Under the pieces are notes generated by a model. The model saw nothing but the letters and a program-made list of their open reading frames with translations. It was not told where the DNA came from and did no database searches. The translations under genes and the position numbers were made by a program. 64,000 nt of DNA from Candidatus Kaiserbacteria bacterium (GTDB taxonomy: Bacteria; Patescibacteriota; Minisyncoccia; Phycocordibacterales; UBA2100): contig CP066682.1 in the NCBI GenBank assembly GCA_016432285.1, positions 528,428 to 592,427 of the forward strand, written 5' to 3'. Of this stretch, positions 55,672 to 64,000 are shown piece by piece (positions within the stretch are counted from its first letter, which is position 1; each line of letters starts with the position of its first letter).

Positions 55672-58600
55672 CGCGTACACCGAAAAAAGTGCTGCTCCTT
55701 GGATCCGGCGGCCTTCGCATCGGCCAGGCGGGCGAGTTTGACTACTCCGGCTCTCAGGCAATCAAGGCGCTGAAAGAAGAAGGCATCCGCGTCGTGCTCA
55801 TCAACCCCAATATCGCCACGGTGCAGACCGACGAAAAACTGGCCGACGAGGTGTACTTCCTGCCGCTCACTCCCGAGTTCACCGAAAAAGTGATCCGCAA
55901 AGAAAAGCCCGACGCGATCCTGCTCTCCTTCGGCGGGCAGACGGCCCTCAATCTCGGTCTGACGCTTGAAAAGAAAGGTGTCTTGAAGAAATACGGCGTG
56001 CGTGTGCTCGGCACTCCCGTCGCGACGATCCGCGACACCGAGGATCGCGACCTCTTCGTCAAACGCCTCGGCGAAATCGGCGTCAAAACGGCCCGCAGTA
56101 TCGCCACCGCCTCCGTAGCGGAAGCCGCTCAGGCCGCCTCAAAGATTGGCTACCCCGTGATGGTCCGCTCGGGTTTCGCTCTCGGCGGCGAGGGATCCGG
56201 CGTAGTGCGCTCCGAAGAGGAGCTGCGCGCCAAACTCGAGGAGGTGTTCCGTTCGGTGCCGCAGGTACTCGTCGAGGAATACCTCGGCGGCTGGAAAGAG
56301 ATCGAGTACGAGGTCGTGCGCGACAGGGCCGACAACTGCATCACGGTCTGCAACATGGAAAATTTCGATCCCATGGGTATCCACACGGGCGAATCCATCG
56401 TGGTCGCTCCTTCGCAGACGCTGACCAACGCCGAGTACCACGGCCTCCGCGAGATCGCGATCCGCACCATCCGGCACCTTGGGATCGTCGGCGAGTGCAA
56501 CATCCAGTACGCCTTGAATCCGGAAACTGGCGACTACCGCGTGATCGAGGTCAACGCGCGCCTCTCGCGCTCCTCCGCCCTCGCCTCCAAGGCGACTGGC
56601 TATCCGCTCGCGTTCGTCGCGGCGAAGCTTGCGCTCGGGTACACGCTCACCGAAATCACAAATTCCGTTACGCGGGAGACGATCGCCTGCTTCGAGCCTG
56701 CACTCGATTACGTCGTTTTGAAGATTCCTCGCTGGGATCTCAACAAGTTTGAAAAGGCCGCGCCGCGAATCGGCACCGAAATGAAGAGCGTCGGCGAAGT
56801 GATGGCGCTCGGGCGCAATTTCGAGGAGGTGCTTCAGAAGGCGCTCCGGATGCTCAACATCGGCGCCTACGGCCTCACCGCGCACAAGGGCGAGAATTTC
56901 CGGATTCCTGACTTTGACGACGAGATCAAAAACGCGACGACGCGGCGCGTCTTCGCAATTGCCGAAGCGCTCAAAGCCGGCCGCTCCGTCGAATCGATTC
57001 ACAAAGCGAGTGCGATCGACCCGTGGTTTTTGCACAAAATGCGGCGGATCATGGAGATCGAGCGTTCGCTCGCTCGCGGCACTCTCACGCCCGCACGCAT
57101 GCGCGAAGCGAAGCGTGCGGGCTTTTCGGACGCGCAGATCGCCGTCATCCGGAAATCCACGGAAGCCTCGATTCGAAAAGCGCGCAAGCGCATGAGAGTC
57201 CTGCCGGTCGTCAAGCAGATCGACACGCTCGCGGGCGAATTTCCCGCGCAGACGAATTACCTCTACATGACGTATCACGGCACCGAACACGATCTCGTGC
57301 GCGGCAAAAAGCAGGTCGCGGTCTTGGGAAGCGGACCCTATTCGATCGGCTCCTCGGTGGAGTTCGACTGGTCGAGCGTCCAGGCGCTGCATACGCTGAA
57401 AAAGGAGGGCTTCGGCACGATCATGATCAACTACAATCCCGAGACCGTCTCCACCGACTACGACGAATCCGACCGTCTCTACTTTGAGGAGCTCTCGCTC
57501 GAGCGTGTCTTGGATATTGCAGATTTTGAAAAGCCAGCAGGAGTCATCGTCTCGACCGGCGGTCAGATCCCCAACAACTTGGCACTGAAGCTGCGAAAGA
57601 GAGCCGTGCCGATCCTCGGTACCAAGCCGGAAGACATTGATCGCGCTGAGAACCGGCACGTCTTCTCGAAGCTCCTCGACCGGCTCGGCGTGGACCAGCC
57701 AGAGTGGGCGGAGCTCACCACGCTCACGGCAGCCGAAAAAGCCGCGGAGCGGATCGGCTATCCCGTGCTCGTGCGGCCGTCGTACGTGCTTTCGGGAGCT
57801 GCGATGAGCGTCGCGCAAGACAAGGAATCGCTCGTGCGTTTCCTGAAGCGAGCCGTCGACATCTCCTCCGACTACCCAGTCGTTATTTCCAAATTTATCG
57901 AGAACGCGCGTGAAATAGAAATCGACGGCGTCGCACAAAAAGGCAAGCTCCGCGTGTACGCGATCACCGAGCACGTGGAGAACGCCGGTAAGCACTCGGG
58001 GGACGCAACGGTAGTGCTGCCGCCCCAGCGCACGTACATTGAGACGATCCGCCGCGCGCGGCAGATCGCCAAGGCGATCATCAAGGAACTGAAGATCACC
58101 GGTCCCTTCAACATCCAATTTCTAGCCAAGGACAACCGCCTCCAGGTCATCGAGTGCAACCTCCGGGCATCCCGTAGCTTCCCCTTCGTCTCGAAAGTTA
58201 CAGGGTACAACTTCATCGACATCGCGACGAAGGCGATGCTCGGCAAGGATGTCTCGGCGGACTACCGCACGCTCGAGCTCGATCTCGTGGCGGTTAAATC
58301 GCCGCAGTTTTCGTACGGGCGCATCAAAGGAGCGGATCCCGTCTCATACGTGGAGATGGCTTCCACGGGCGAAGTGGCGTGCTTTGGCGACACGTATTCA
58401 GAGGCATTGCTGAAGTCGATGATGGCAGCGGGTTTTCGCCTTCCCAAAAAGAACGTTCTCGTCTCGCTCGGAAAGGAGGAGAACAAGGTAAAGCTCCTGC
58501 CGAGCATCGAACTGCTCTCCGGTATGGGCTTTAAGATATTCGCAACCGAAAATACTGCCGACTTTCTTCGCGAGAGCGATGTCGCGTGTGAGAAGGTCTA

Positions 58601-58859
58601 CAAAATCAGCACCCACAAGCATCCGAATGTCGGCGATCTCCTTGCAAAAGGTACGCTCGACCTCATCATCAATATCCCAACCCGCGCATTTCAGAGCGAA
58701 AACACCGACGGCTTCACGATCCGCCGCAAGGCCGTCGACACCAACGTGCCGTTGATCACCAATCGCCAACTTGCGGAGGCTTTCGTCGCGGCGCTTGCCG
58801 AACAGAAAGGCAACGGCCTTCACGCAAAGTCGTGGAGAGAGTATCGGAACGGCTCTTAA
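55668..58859 (+). CDS. carB: Carbamoyl-phosphate synthase large subunit
   Basis: Two ATP-grasp halves, oligomerisation domain and MGS-like C-terminal domain. ATG overlaps the carA stop (ATGA). Confidence 0.95.
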   Translation: MTRTPKKVLLLGSGGLRIGQAGEFDYSGSQAIKALKEEGIRVVLINPNIATVQTDEKLADEVYFLPLTPEFTEKVIRKEKPDAILLSFGGQTALNLGLTLEKKGVLKKYGVRVLGTPVATIRDTEDRDLFVKRLGEIGVKTARSIATASVAEAAQAASKIGYPVMVRSGFALGGEGSGVVRSEEELRAKLEEVFRSVPQVLVEEYLGGWKEIEYEVVRDRADNCITVCNMENFDPMGIHTGESIVVAPSQTLTNAEYHGLREIAIRTIRHLGIVGECNIQYALNPETGDYRVIEVNARLSRSSALASKATGYPLAFVAAKLALGYTLTEITNSVTRETIACFEPALDYVVLKIPRWDLNKFEKAAPRIGTEMKSVGEVMALGRNFEEVLQKALRMLNIGAYGLTAHKGENFRIPDFDDEIKNATTRRVFAIAEALKAGRSVESIHKASAIDPWFLHKMRRIMEIERSLARGTLTPARMREAKRAGFSDAQIAVIRKSTEASIRKARKRMRVLPVVKQIDTLAGEFPAQTNYLYMTYHGTEHDLVRGKKQVAVLGSGPYSIGSSVEFDWSSVQALHTLKKEGFGTIMINYNPETVSTDYDESDRLYFEELSLERVLDIADFEKPAGVIVSTGGQIPNNLALKLRKRAVPILGTKPEDIDRAENRHVFSKLLDRLGVDQPEWAELTTLTAAEKAAERIGYPVLVRPSYVLSGAAMSVAQDKESLVRFLKRAVDISSDYPVVISKFIENAREIEIDGVAQKGKLRVYAITEHVENAGKHSGDATVVLPPQRTYIETIRRARQIAKAIIKELKITGPFNIQFLAKDNRLQVIECNLRASRSFPFVSKVTGYNFIDIATKAMLGKDVSADYRTLELDLVAVKSPQFSYGRIKGADPVSYVEMASTGEVACFGDTYSEALLKSMMAAGFRLPKKNVLVSLGKEENKVKLLPSIELLSGMGFKIFATENTADFLRESDVACEKVYKISTHKHPNVGDLLAKGTLDLIINIPTRAFQSENTDGFTIRRKAVDTNVPLITNRQLAEAFVAALAEQKGNGLHAKSWREYRNGS

Positions 58860-59083
58860 AAGGAGCGGGAGACCGTGCTAGGGTCTCCCGAAGCGGGAAA
58901 CAAGAGCACCGAGTGCGCACTCGAATGCGGATGGCCCGCTTGAGCGCGCCGGCGGACGAGCGTGAGGTTGCGGATTGTACATGATCCGTATCACGCGCGG
59001 GTATACCGGCGTTGACTCCAGAGCAGCCGACGACGCAAAACGCCGTCGGACCATGGCCCATTATTCATCCTGCCTCCGCAATA

Positions 59084-61711
59084 TCAAGAGCGTTTTTTCA
59101 ACACCCGCTTCAGGTAATATCCCGTGTGCGAGCCGTCGGTTTTTGATACCTCCTCGGGCGTGCCCTTGGCGATGATCTTGCCGCCGCGCTGCCCGCCCTC
59201 CGGCCCCATATCAATGAGGTAATCGGCGCACTTCAGCACGTCGAGGTTGTGCTCGATCACGACGACCGAGTTCCCCCGCTCCACGAGCTTCTCCAAAATC
59301 TGGATGAGCTTCGCCACGTCGTCGTAGTGGAGACCGACCGTGGGCTCGTCGAGGAGGTAGATCGTCTTTGTGGTGAGCGGGCGGTACAGCTCCGAGGCGA
59401 TCTTGACGCGCTGCGCCTCGCCGCCAGAGAGTGTGGTCGCGCTCTGCCCGAGCTCCAGGTAGCCGAGTCCCACGTCGGCCAGCGTTTGCAACCGGTCCGC
59501 GATCGCCGGAATGTCCTCGAAAAATTGCTGCGCCTCCTCGACGGTCATCGAGAGAATGTCGTGGATGCTCTTTTTCTTGAATTTCACTTCGAGCGTTTCT
59601 TTCATGAAACGCTTGCCGTTGCACACGTCGCACGTTACGTATACGGTCGGCAAAAAGTGCATCTCGACCGCCACGAGGCCGTTGCCCTGGCAGGCTTCGC
59701 ACCGGCCGCCTTTTACGTTGAAAGAGAAACGCCCGGGACCCCAGCCTCGCGCCTTCGCCTCCTCGCTCATGGCGAACATGTCGCGGATGTGCGTCCACGC
59801 GCCCGTGTAGGTGGCGGGATTCGAGCGGGGCGTGCGGCCGATGGCCGATTGATCGATCAGAATCGCGCGGCCGAGATAATCGGTGCCGGTAAATTCGGCC
59901 GCGTTGTACGTCTTCGGGCTGCGATAGCGCTTGTCGAAGCGCGCTTGGAGATTGCGGTGCAGGATTTCGTAGAGAAAGGTCGATTTGCCCGAGCCGGAGA
60001 GCCCCGTGATGCACACGAGCTTCCCGAGCGGCACATCGACATTGACCCCGTCGAGATTAAACTTGCGAGCGCCGCGAATTTTAATCTTGCCGCGATCCAC
60101 CGTGCGACGCTTTTCCGGTATTTCGATCCGCTCCTCCTCGCGGAGGTACGAGAGCGTGCGCGAGCCAGATTTGTTGGTTTTGGCCGTCAAGAGATCTTCG
60201 AGCCAGCCTGAGACCACGATGCTGCCGCCGTGCGTGCCTGCACCCGGCCCGAGATCGACGAGAAAATCCGACGCGTAGATCGTGTCTTCGTCGTGTTCCA
60301 CCACGAGCACGGTATTGCCAAGATCGCGGAGGTGCTTCAGCGTCTCGATGAGCTTGTCGTTGTCGCGCTGATGCAGCCCAATCGTCGGCTCGTCCAAAAC
60401 GTAGAGCGCCCCCACGAGGCCGCTCCCGAGCTGCGATGCGAGCCGGATACGCTGCGCCTCGCCGCCGGAGAGTGTGTTGGCCTTCCGGTCGAGCGTGAGG
60501 TACTCAATGCCGACGTTGAGCATGAACTGCAAACGGCTTGTGATTTCCTTGATGACCACGCGCGAGATTTCCTCTTCTTTTTTGGTGAGCTTCAGCTTCG
60601 AGAAAAAGTCCATCGCGTCCTCGATCGAGAGCGAGGCGAGCTCGACGATATTCGATCCGCGTGGATTTTCCACCAGATCGGATCCTTTTTCGGATTCGCG
60701 CGTTTTTGTGCCGAGAAAGACGCTGAGGGATTCGGGCCGGAGTCGCGCGCCTTTGCAGACATCGCACGGCTCGTCGCTAAAAAGGTACTTCGTGCCGATC
60801 CCCTTGCACTCCGGACACGCGCCGTACGGCGAGTTGAACGAAAAGAGGCGCGGCTCGACTTCCGGAAACGAAAATCCGTCGTAGGCGCACATGAATTTGG
60901 CGGACACGACACGGCTCGCTCCCGCAGGGTCCACGATCTTTACGAGGCCGTCCGACTCATGCAGCGCGCGCTCGATGGCTTCGGCTGCGCGCTCACGCGA
61001 GCCTTTCGGGTCGTCACTGAACTCGGAGACGAAGATCTCGTCAACGATCACGTCGATGGAGTGCTTAAAATTTTTCTTGAGATCGATGCGCTCACGGAGC
61101 GACTTCTCCTCTCCGTCGACGAAGACATTCTCGTATCCCTTGTTGAGGAGGTCGTACAAAAGCTGGTAGTACTCGCCCTTGCGCCCGACCACGACCGGCG
61201 AGGATATGCGGATTTTTGCGTGAGAGACACCCTTGATGAGCTTTTCTCCTTTTCCGGCAGCGCTCTTCGGAGCACCCTCTACGGAGCCGAGTATCGTTTC
61301 GAGAATTTCTTCATTGGAGAGCTTGCGGATCGGCCGACCGCAGACGAGGCAATGAGGCTTGCCAACCCGAGCGTAGAGCACCCGGAGGTAATCGTAGATT
61401 TCGGTGATCGTCGCGACCGTCGAGCGGGGGTTGTTGGAGCGGCTCTTTTGGTCGATGGAAATGGCAGGCGAGAGGCCGGAGATCTCGTCGACGTCGGGCT
61501 TCTGCATTTGACGCAAAAACTGCCGCGCATACGCGGAGAGCGACTCGACGTACTTGCGCTGCCCCTCCGCGAAGATCGTGTCGAACGCGAGCGAAGACTT
61601 CCCGCTTCCCGAAAGACCGGTAAAGACGACCATCTTGCCGCGCGGAATCTCGACGCTCACGTTCTTGAGGTTGTGCGTCCGTGCTCCTTTGATGATTATT
61701 TTGTCTTCCAT
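59084..61711 (-). CDS. uvrA: Excinuclease ABC subunit A
   Basis: Two ABC ATPase modules with zinc fingers ([14 protein letters not shown]..., CxxC pairs). Confidence 0.9.
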   Translation of the reverse strand: MEDKIIIKGARTHNLKNVSVEIPRGKMVVFTGLSGSGKSSLAFDTIFAEGQRKYVESLSAYARQFLRQMQKPDVDEISGLSPAISIDQKSRSNNPRSTVATITEIYDYLRVLYARVGKPHCLVCGRPIRKLSNEEILETILGSVEGAPKSAAGKGEKLIKGVSHAKIRISSPVVVGRKGEYYQLLYDLLNKGYENVFVDGEEKSLRERIDLKKNFKHSIDVIVDEIFVSEFSDDPKGSRERAAEAIERALHESDGLVKIVDPAGASRVVSAKFMCAYDGFSFPEVEPRLFSFNSPYGACPECKGIGTKYLFSDEPCDVCKGARLRPESLSVFLGTKTRESEKGSDLVENPRGSNIVELASLSIEDAMDFFSKLKLTKKEEEISRVVIKEITSRLQFMLNVGIEYLTLDRKANTLSGGEAQRIRLASQLGSGLVGALYVLDEPTIGLHQRDNDKLIETLKHLRDLGNTVLVVEHDEDTIYASDFLVDLGPGAGTHGGSIVVSGWLEDLLTAKTNKSGSRTLSYLREEERIEIPEKRRTVDRGKIKIRGARKFNLDGVNVDVPLGKLVCITGLSGSGKSTFLYEILHRNLQARFDKRYRSPKTYNAAEFTGTDYLGRAILIDQSAIGRTPRSNPATYTGAWTHIRDMFAMSEEAKARGWGPGRFSFNVKGGRCEACQGNGLVAVEMHFLPTVYVTCDVCNGKRFMKETLEVKFKKKSIHDILSMTVEEAQQFFEDIPAIADRLQTLADVGLGYLELGQSATTLSGGEAQRVKIASELYRPLTTKTIYLLDEPTVGLHYDDVAKLIQILEKLVERGNSVVVIEHNLDVLKCADYLIDMGPEGGQRGGKIIAKGTPEEVSKTDGSHTGYYLKRVLKKRS

Positions 61712-61775
61712 ATAACGAAACCCGCCCCTCATGTGCGCGAGGGGGTAGAAAGGGCACTATATCACAGACGACTGG

Positions 61776-62351
61776 TCAGTCCGAGATCGGGAGTCCGCCG
61801 GAATCTACGTGCCGAATTTCTTTGTAGAGCGTGTTGCGGACCAGCGCGGGCTTTCCATCTTTTTCGACGACGTAGTAGGCGAAGCCGCGCATTTTTTTTA
61901 CCGATTCGTAGTCGGCATGCACCGGCATCGATGCGGAATCCCCTGCTCCCGCCACTGGGCTGTCGTCGGCGGTTACAAACCACGTCGCACCCGTGTTGAC
62001 CGCAAGGTGCCCAACGTTTGGCGGCATGTACACCGAATCCCCTGCCTTCACGGGGATCGCTTTGAATTCTTCAACCACGTCCGGTACACGCGGATCGGCG
62101 AGTTTCTGTTGCAAAATAACGCCCTCGCCCGCCAGTATCCAGTAAGTCTCGTCGAGTTCATCCACGTGGTAGTGCCCGTACGTCTTGATGTATTCGCCTC
62201 CCACCGTGCCGGCTTCCCAGATCGTGATATTTCGCTTCTGCGAGCCACCGCGGATCATATGGTAATGGGCGGCGGGACCGGGCGCATCAGGAACCATAAG
62301 GACCTCGCGCATCTTTTCGTGAGTCCGCGCTGCGTATGGCTCAAAGCCCAT
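61776..62351 (-). CDS. Cupin-type (archaeal-type) glucose-6-phosphate isomerase
   Basis: TYGHYHVDELDETY (G-H-x-H...E metal motif), then ...GHLAVNTG. About 190 aa. Matches the cupin PGI family rather than the PGI/PGM superfamily. Confidence 0.6.
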   Translation of the reverse strand: MGFEPYAARTHEKMREVLMVPDAPGPAAHYHMIRGGSQKRNITIWEAGTVGGEYIKTYGHYHVDELDETYWILAGEGVILQQKLADPRVPDVVEEFKAIPVKAGDSVYMPPNVGHLAVNTGATWFVTADDSPVAGAGDSASMPVHADYESVKKMRGFAYYVVEKDGKPALVRNTLYKEIRHVDSGGLPISD

Positions 62352-62367
62352 AGATCTGCGTATTCTA

Positions 62368-63288
62368 CTACGTAAAGAGTGCGGCTTCCTCCTCAAGCCG
62401 GATGCCAAATTTCGCGAGCACGGCCTCCTTGATGAGTCGCGCGAGCTCCAGTACGTCTTCCGCGCTGGCGTCCCCCGTGTTCACGATGTAGTTGGGGTGC
62501 TGCACGCTGGCGATCGCCCCGCCCACCTGCGCACCTTTGAGGCCTGCCTTTTCGATCAGCCATCCTGCGGGCACGCGCCCTTCGCGCGATTTCACTCCCT
62601 TTTCGCGCTCGAAAAGATCCTGCACCTCTTGCGGAGCGACCGGATTCATAAAGAACGAGCCCGCGGCCCGGACATTCTGTAGATGGCGCTTCTCGCGCTC
62701 GCGTATGGTTTCCTCGATGAGCGTCTCGCTCGCAGCCCGGTCGGTCGGTTGGAGCTGAAGCACGACTCTCGTGATGATCCACTCCGGATGGTCTTTAAAA
62801 AAGCTGTGCCGATACGAGAAATCGCATTCTTCATTGTTGAAAAACCGCGTCTCGCCGCTTTCGGCATGGAGAGCTGACACGCGCACGATAAAATCCTTGA
62901 TTTCGGAGCCGAACGCGCCGGCGTTGCCACGCGCGGCGCCCCCCACACCTCCCGGGATCCCTGCAAGCTTTTCCCACCCGCCGAGAGCCTGCGTCGCCAT
63001 CGCACGAATGAGCTCCAGGAGATTGGTCGCAGCCCATGCGTCCACCGAGGATCCCTGCACGCTCCAGAGGTTGCCGACAAAGCGGATCACCAAGGAATCG
63101 AGACCCTGATCCGGGAGGAGCACATTGCTCCCGCCGGAGAGAACGACGAAGCCGATCTTCCGCTCCCGCGCCCACTCGATCGCCTCACGAATCTGCTCTT
63201 CGGTTCGCACGTCAACGAGGAAGCGCGCCGTCCCGCCGATCTCAAAGGTAGTCAAAGGAGCGAGCGGCACGTTTTCTCTGATGTCCAT
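62368..63288 (-). CDS. murB: UDP-N-acetylenolpyruvoylglucosamine reductase
   Basis: FAD-binding PCMH domain (FEIGGTARFL..., VLSGGSNVL) and MurB C-terminal domain. ATG at 63288. Confidence 0.85.
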   Translation of the reverse strand: MDIRENVPLAPLTTFEIGGTARFLVDVRTEEQIREAIEWARERKIGFVVLSGGSNVLLPDQGLDSLVIRFVGNLWSVQGSSVDAWAATNLLELIRAMATQALGGWEKLAGIPGGVGGAARGNAGAFGSEIKDFIVRVSALHAESGETRFFNNEECDFSYRHSFFKDHPEWIITRVVLQLQPTDRAASETLIEETIREREKRHLQNVRAAGSFFMNPVAPQEVQDLFEREKGVKSREGRVPAGWLIEKAGLKGAQVGGAIASVQHPNYIVNTGDASAEDVLELARLIKEAVLAKFGIRLEEEAALFT

Positions 63289-63353
63289 GTAAGCACTATA
63301 CGGCACCGGGCAGAATATAAAAAAAGAAAGCGGGCCCCTCCAACCCGCTTCAG

Positions 63354-63632
63354 TCACTTGGTCACCTGCACGAAACCCTGGCCGACCCCCCTTGCATTGA
63401 GCTCGAGGCCGAGCCGTGCGTACTTGCGACGCAAGTAGGCAGCGCAGATGATCCCCTCTCCCGTTTGTCCGTGGACAACCCGAAGAAAGAGTTTTTGCAT
63501 GTCGAGCGGCACGGATTCCGAGTCTTCGATCACTCCGTCCTTGGAGAGCATGGTCCACTCGCGGCCATCGGTTTGACCGATGAATGTGACGGACGTCGGA
63601 TACGCTTGCCGCGGGTTGCTTCCCGGCCTCAT
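63354..63632 (-). CDS. Hypothetical small protein
   Basis: 92-aa ORF followed by a strong minus-strand terminator (63318-63345). No recognised family. Confidence 0.3.
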   Translation of the reverse strand: MRPGSNPRQAYPTSVTFIGQTDGREWTMLSKDGVIEDSESVPLDMQKLFLRVVHGQTGEGIICAAYLRRKYARLGLELNARGVGQGFVQVTK

Positions 63633-63802
63633 CCGCGGCTCGATCGTAACGCTCAGCAGTTTTCCGTCCCTTATCGCTTTCGCGATTCTGACGGCATTGA
63701 TGTTCGGTCTTTCGCACCAGCACCACATTGCGGAGTCTCCTCAACAGAAAACTCCCCCACGGTCATGGTTTGCTCGAATCACCAAAAGGTCAATCCCCTC
63801 GT

Positions 63803-64000
63803 TCACTTTGACTTCACCTTCTTTTCACTTTTCTCCAATGTGAGAATTTCGTCTCGGAGAAGCGCAGCGGTCTCGAAATCGAGGCGATCCGCCGCCTCGT
63901 GCATCTGCCGCCGCTTGTCCTTGAGAAGCTTCTCCATATCGCCTCCGTACGTCGAGGAATCCATGCGGGCGAGTTCGCTCACCGCGCGCTTCCGCGAGCG
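63803..64000 (-). CDS. uvrB: Excinuclease ABC subunit B, C-terminal fragment (5' part lies beyond the window edge)
   Basis: Minus-strand translation ...MEKLLKDKRRQMHEAADRLDFETAALLRDEILTLEK... is the UVR domain of UvrB. Stop at 63803-63805. Confidence 0.75.
   Translation of the reverse strand, partial: RSRKRAVSELARMDSSTYGGDMEKLLKDKRRQMHEAADRLDFETAALLRDEILTLEKSEKKVKSK

Noticed and set aside
58864-58886. GGGAGACC-gtgcta-GGTCTCCC inverted repeat after carB, sharing the GAGACC/GGTCTC core with the dnaK-region repeats.
   Set aside because: A single copy placed exactly where a carB terminator is expected. The shared hexamer is likely coincidental.

Overview
The window is a GC-rich (~60%+) bacterial chromosomal segment that is densely coding and mostly housekeeping, with short intergenic gaps and many 1-4 nt start/stop overlaps (ATGA-type coupling). 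No rRNA, CRISPR array, integrase or transposase is visible. Phylum cannot be assigned from sequence alone. PG_binding_1 secreted proteins, a cupin-type PGI, eukaryotic-type class I aldolase, an RRM protein and truncated AlaRS/UvrC are reminiscent of Patescibacteria- or Chloroflexota-like lineages. However lysA, carAB and pdxST argue against a strongly reduced genome.

Recognised content, in order along the window:
- Lysine biosynthesis: an aminotransferase 3' end (dapL-like) followed by lysA.
- A minus-strand operon encoding a membrane protein, a Cys-rich exported small protein, a hypothetical protein and a multi-TM sensor histidine kinase.
- A PG-binding secreted protein.
- The grpE-dnaK-dnaJ heat-shock operon, preceded by a small gene and an unusual repeat-rich promoter region.
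- A ribosomal/RNAP cluster: rpsI, rplM, rplQ, rpoA, rpsD, rpsK, rpsM, rpmJ (missed by the ORF track) and infA.
- An FtsA/PilM-like actin-fold ATPase with a Pro-rich membrane protein, a short alaS, a sigma-region-4-only protein, an M16 peptidase and a LysE exporter.
- A DNA-repair cluster: ung, an aldo/keto reductase, an ACP-like protein, a standalone MGMT DNA-binding-domain protein and a Cas4-like PD-(D/E)XK nuclease.
- MgtC, an ATP-cone/PD-(D/E)XK nuclease fusion, mnmA, mltG and a Trp-rich membrane protein.
- A sigma-r4 + HARE-HTH fusion divergent from dnaB, followed by recR.
- rplU, rmuC, yqeY, an MFS transporter and an RRM RNA-binding protein.
- A glpX / class I fba / ECF-sigma operon.
- A tdh-kbl threonine catabolic pair.
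- tRNA-Ala(UGC) with a duplicated 3' end.
- pdxS-pdxT, a PfkB kinase, ddl, uvrC and an isochorismatase-like hydrolase.
- carA-carB with a leader-peptide/terminator attenuator.
- uvrA, a cupin-type PGI, murB and a uvrB 3' fragment.

The most interesting candidates are:
- the Cys-rich-peptide/histidine-kinase operon;
- the GAGACC-repeat operator overlapping the heat-shock promoter;
- the carAB leader-peptide attenuator;
- the ATP-cone nuclease;
- the MGMT-domain + Cas4-like nuclease pair;
- the tRNA-Ala 3'-end direct repeat;
- three atypical sigma-region-4 proteins.
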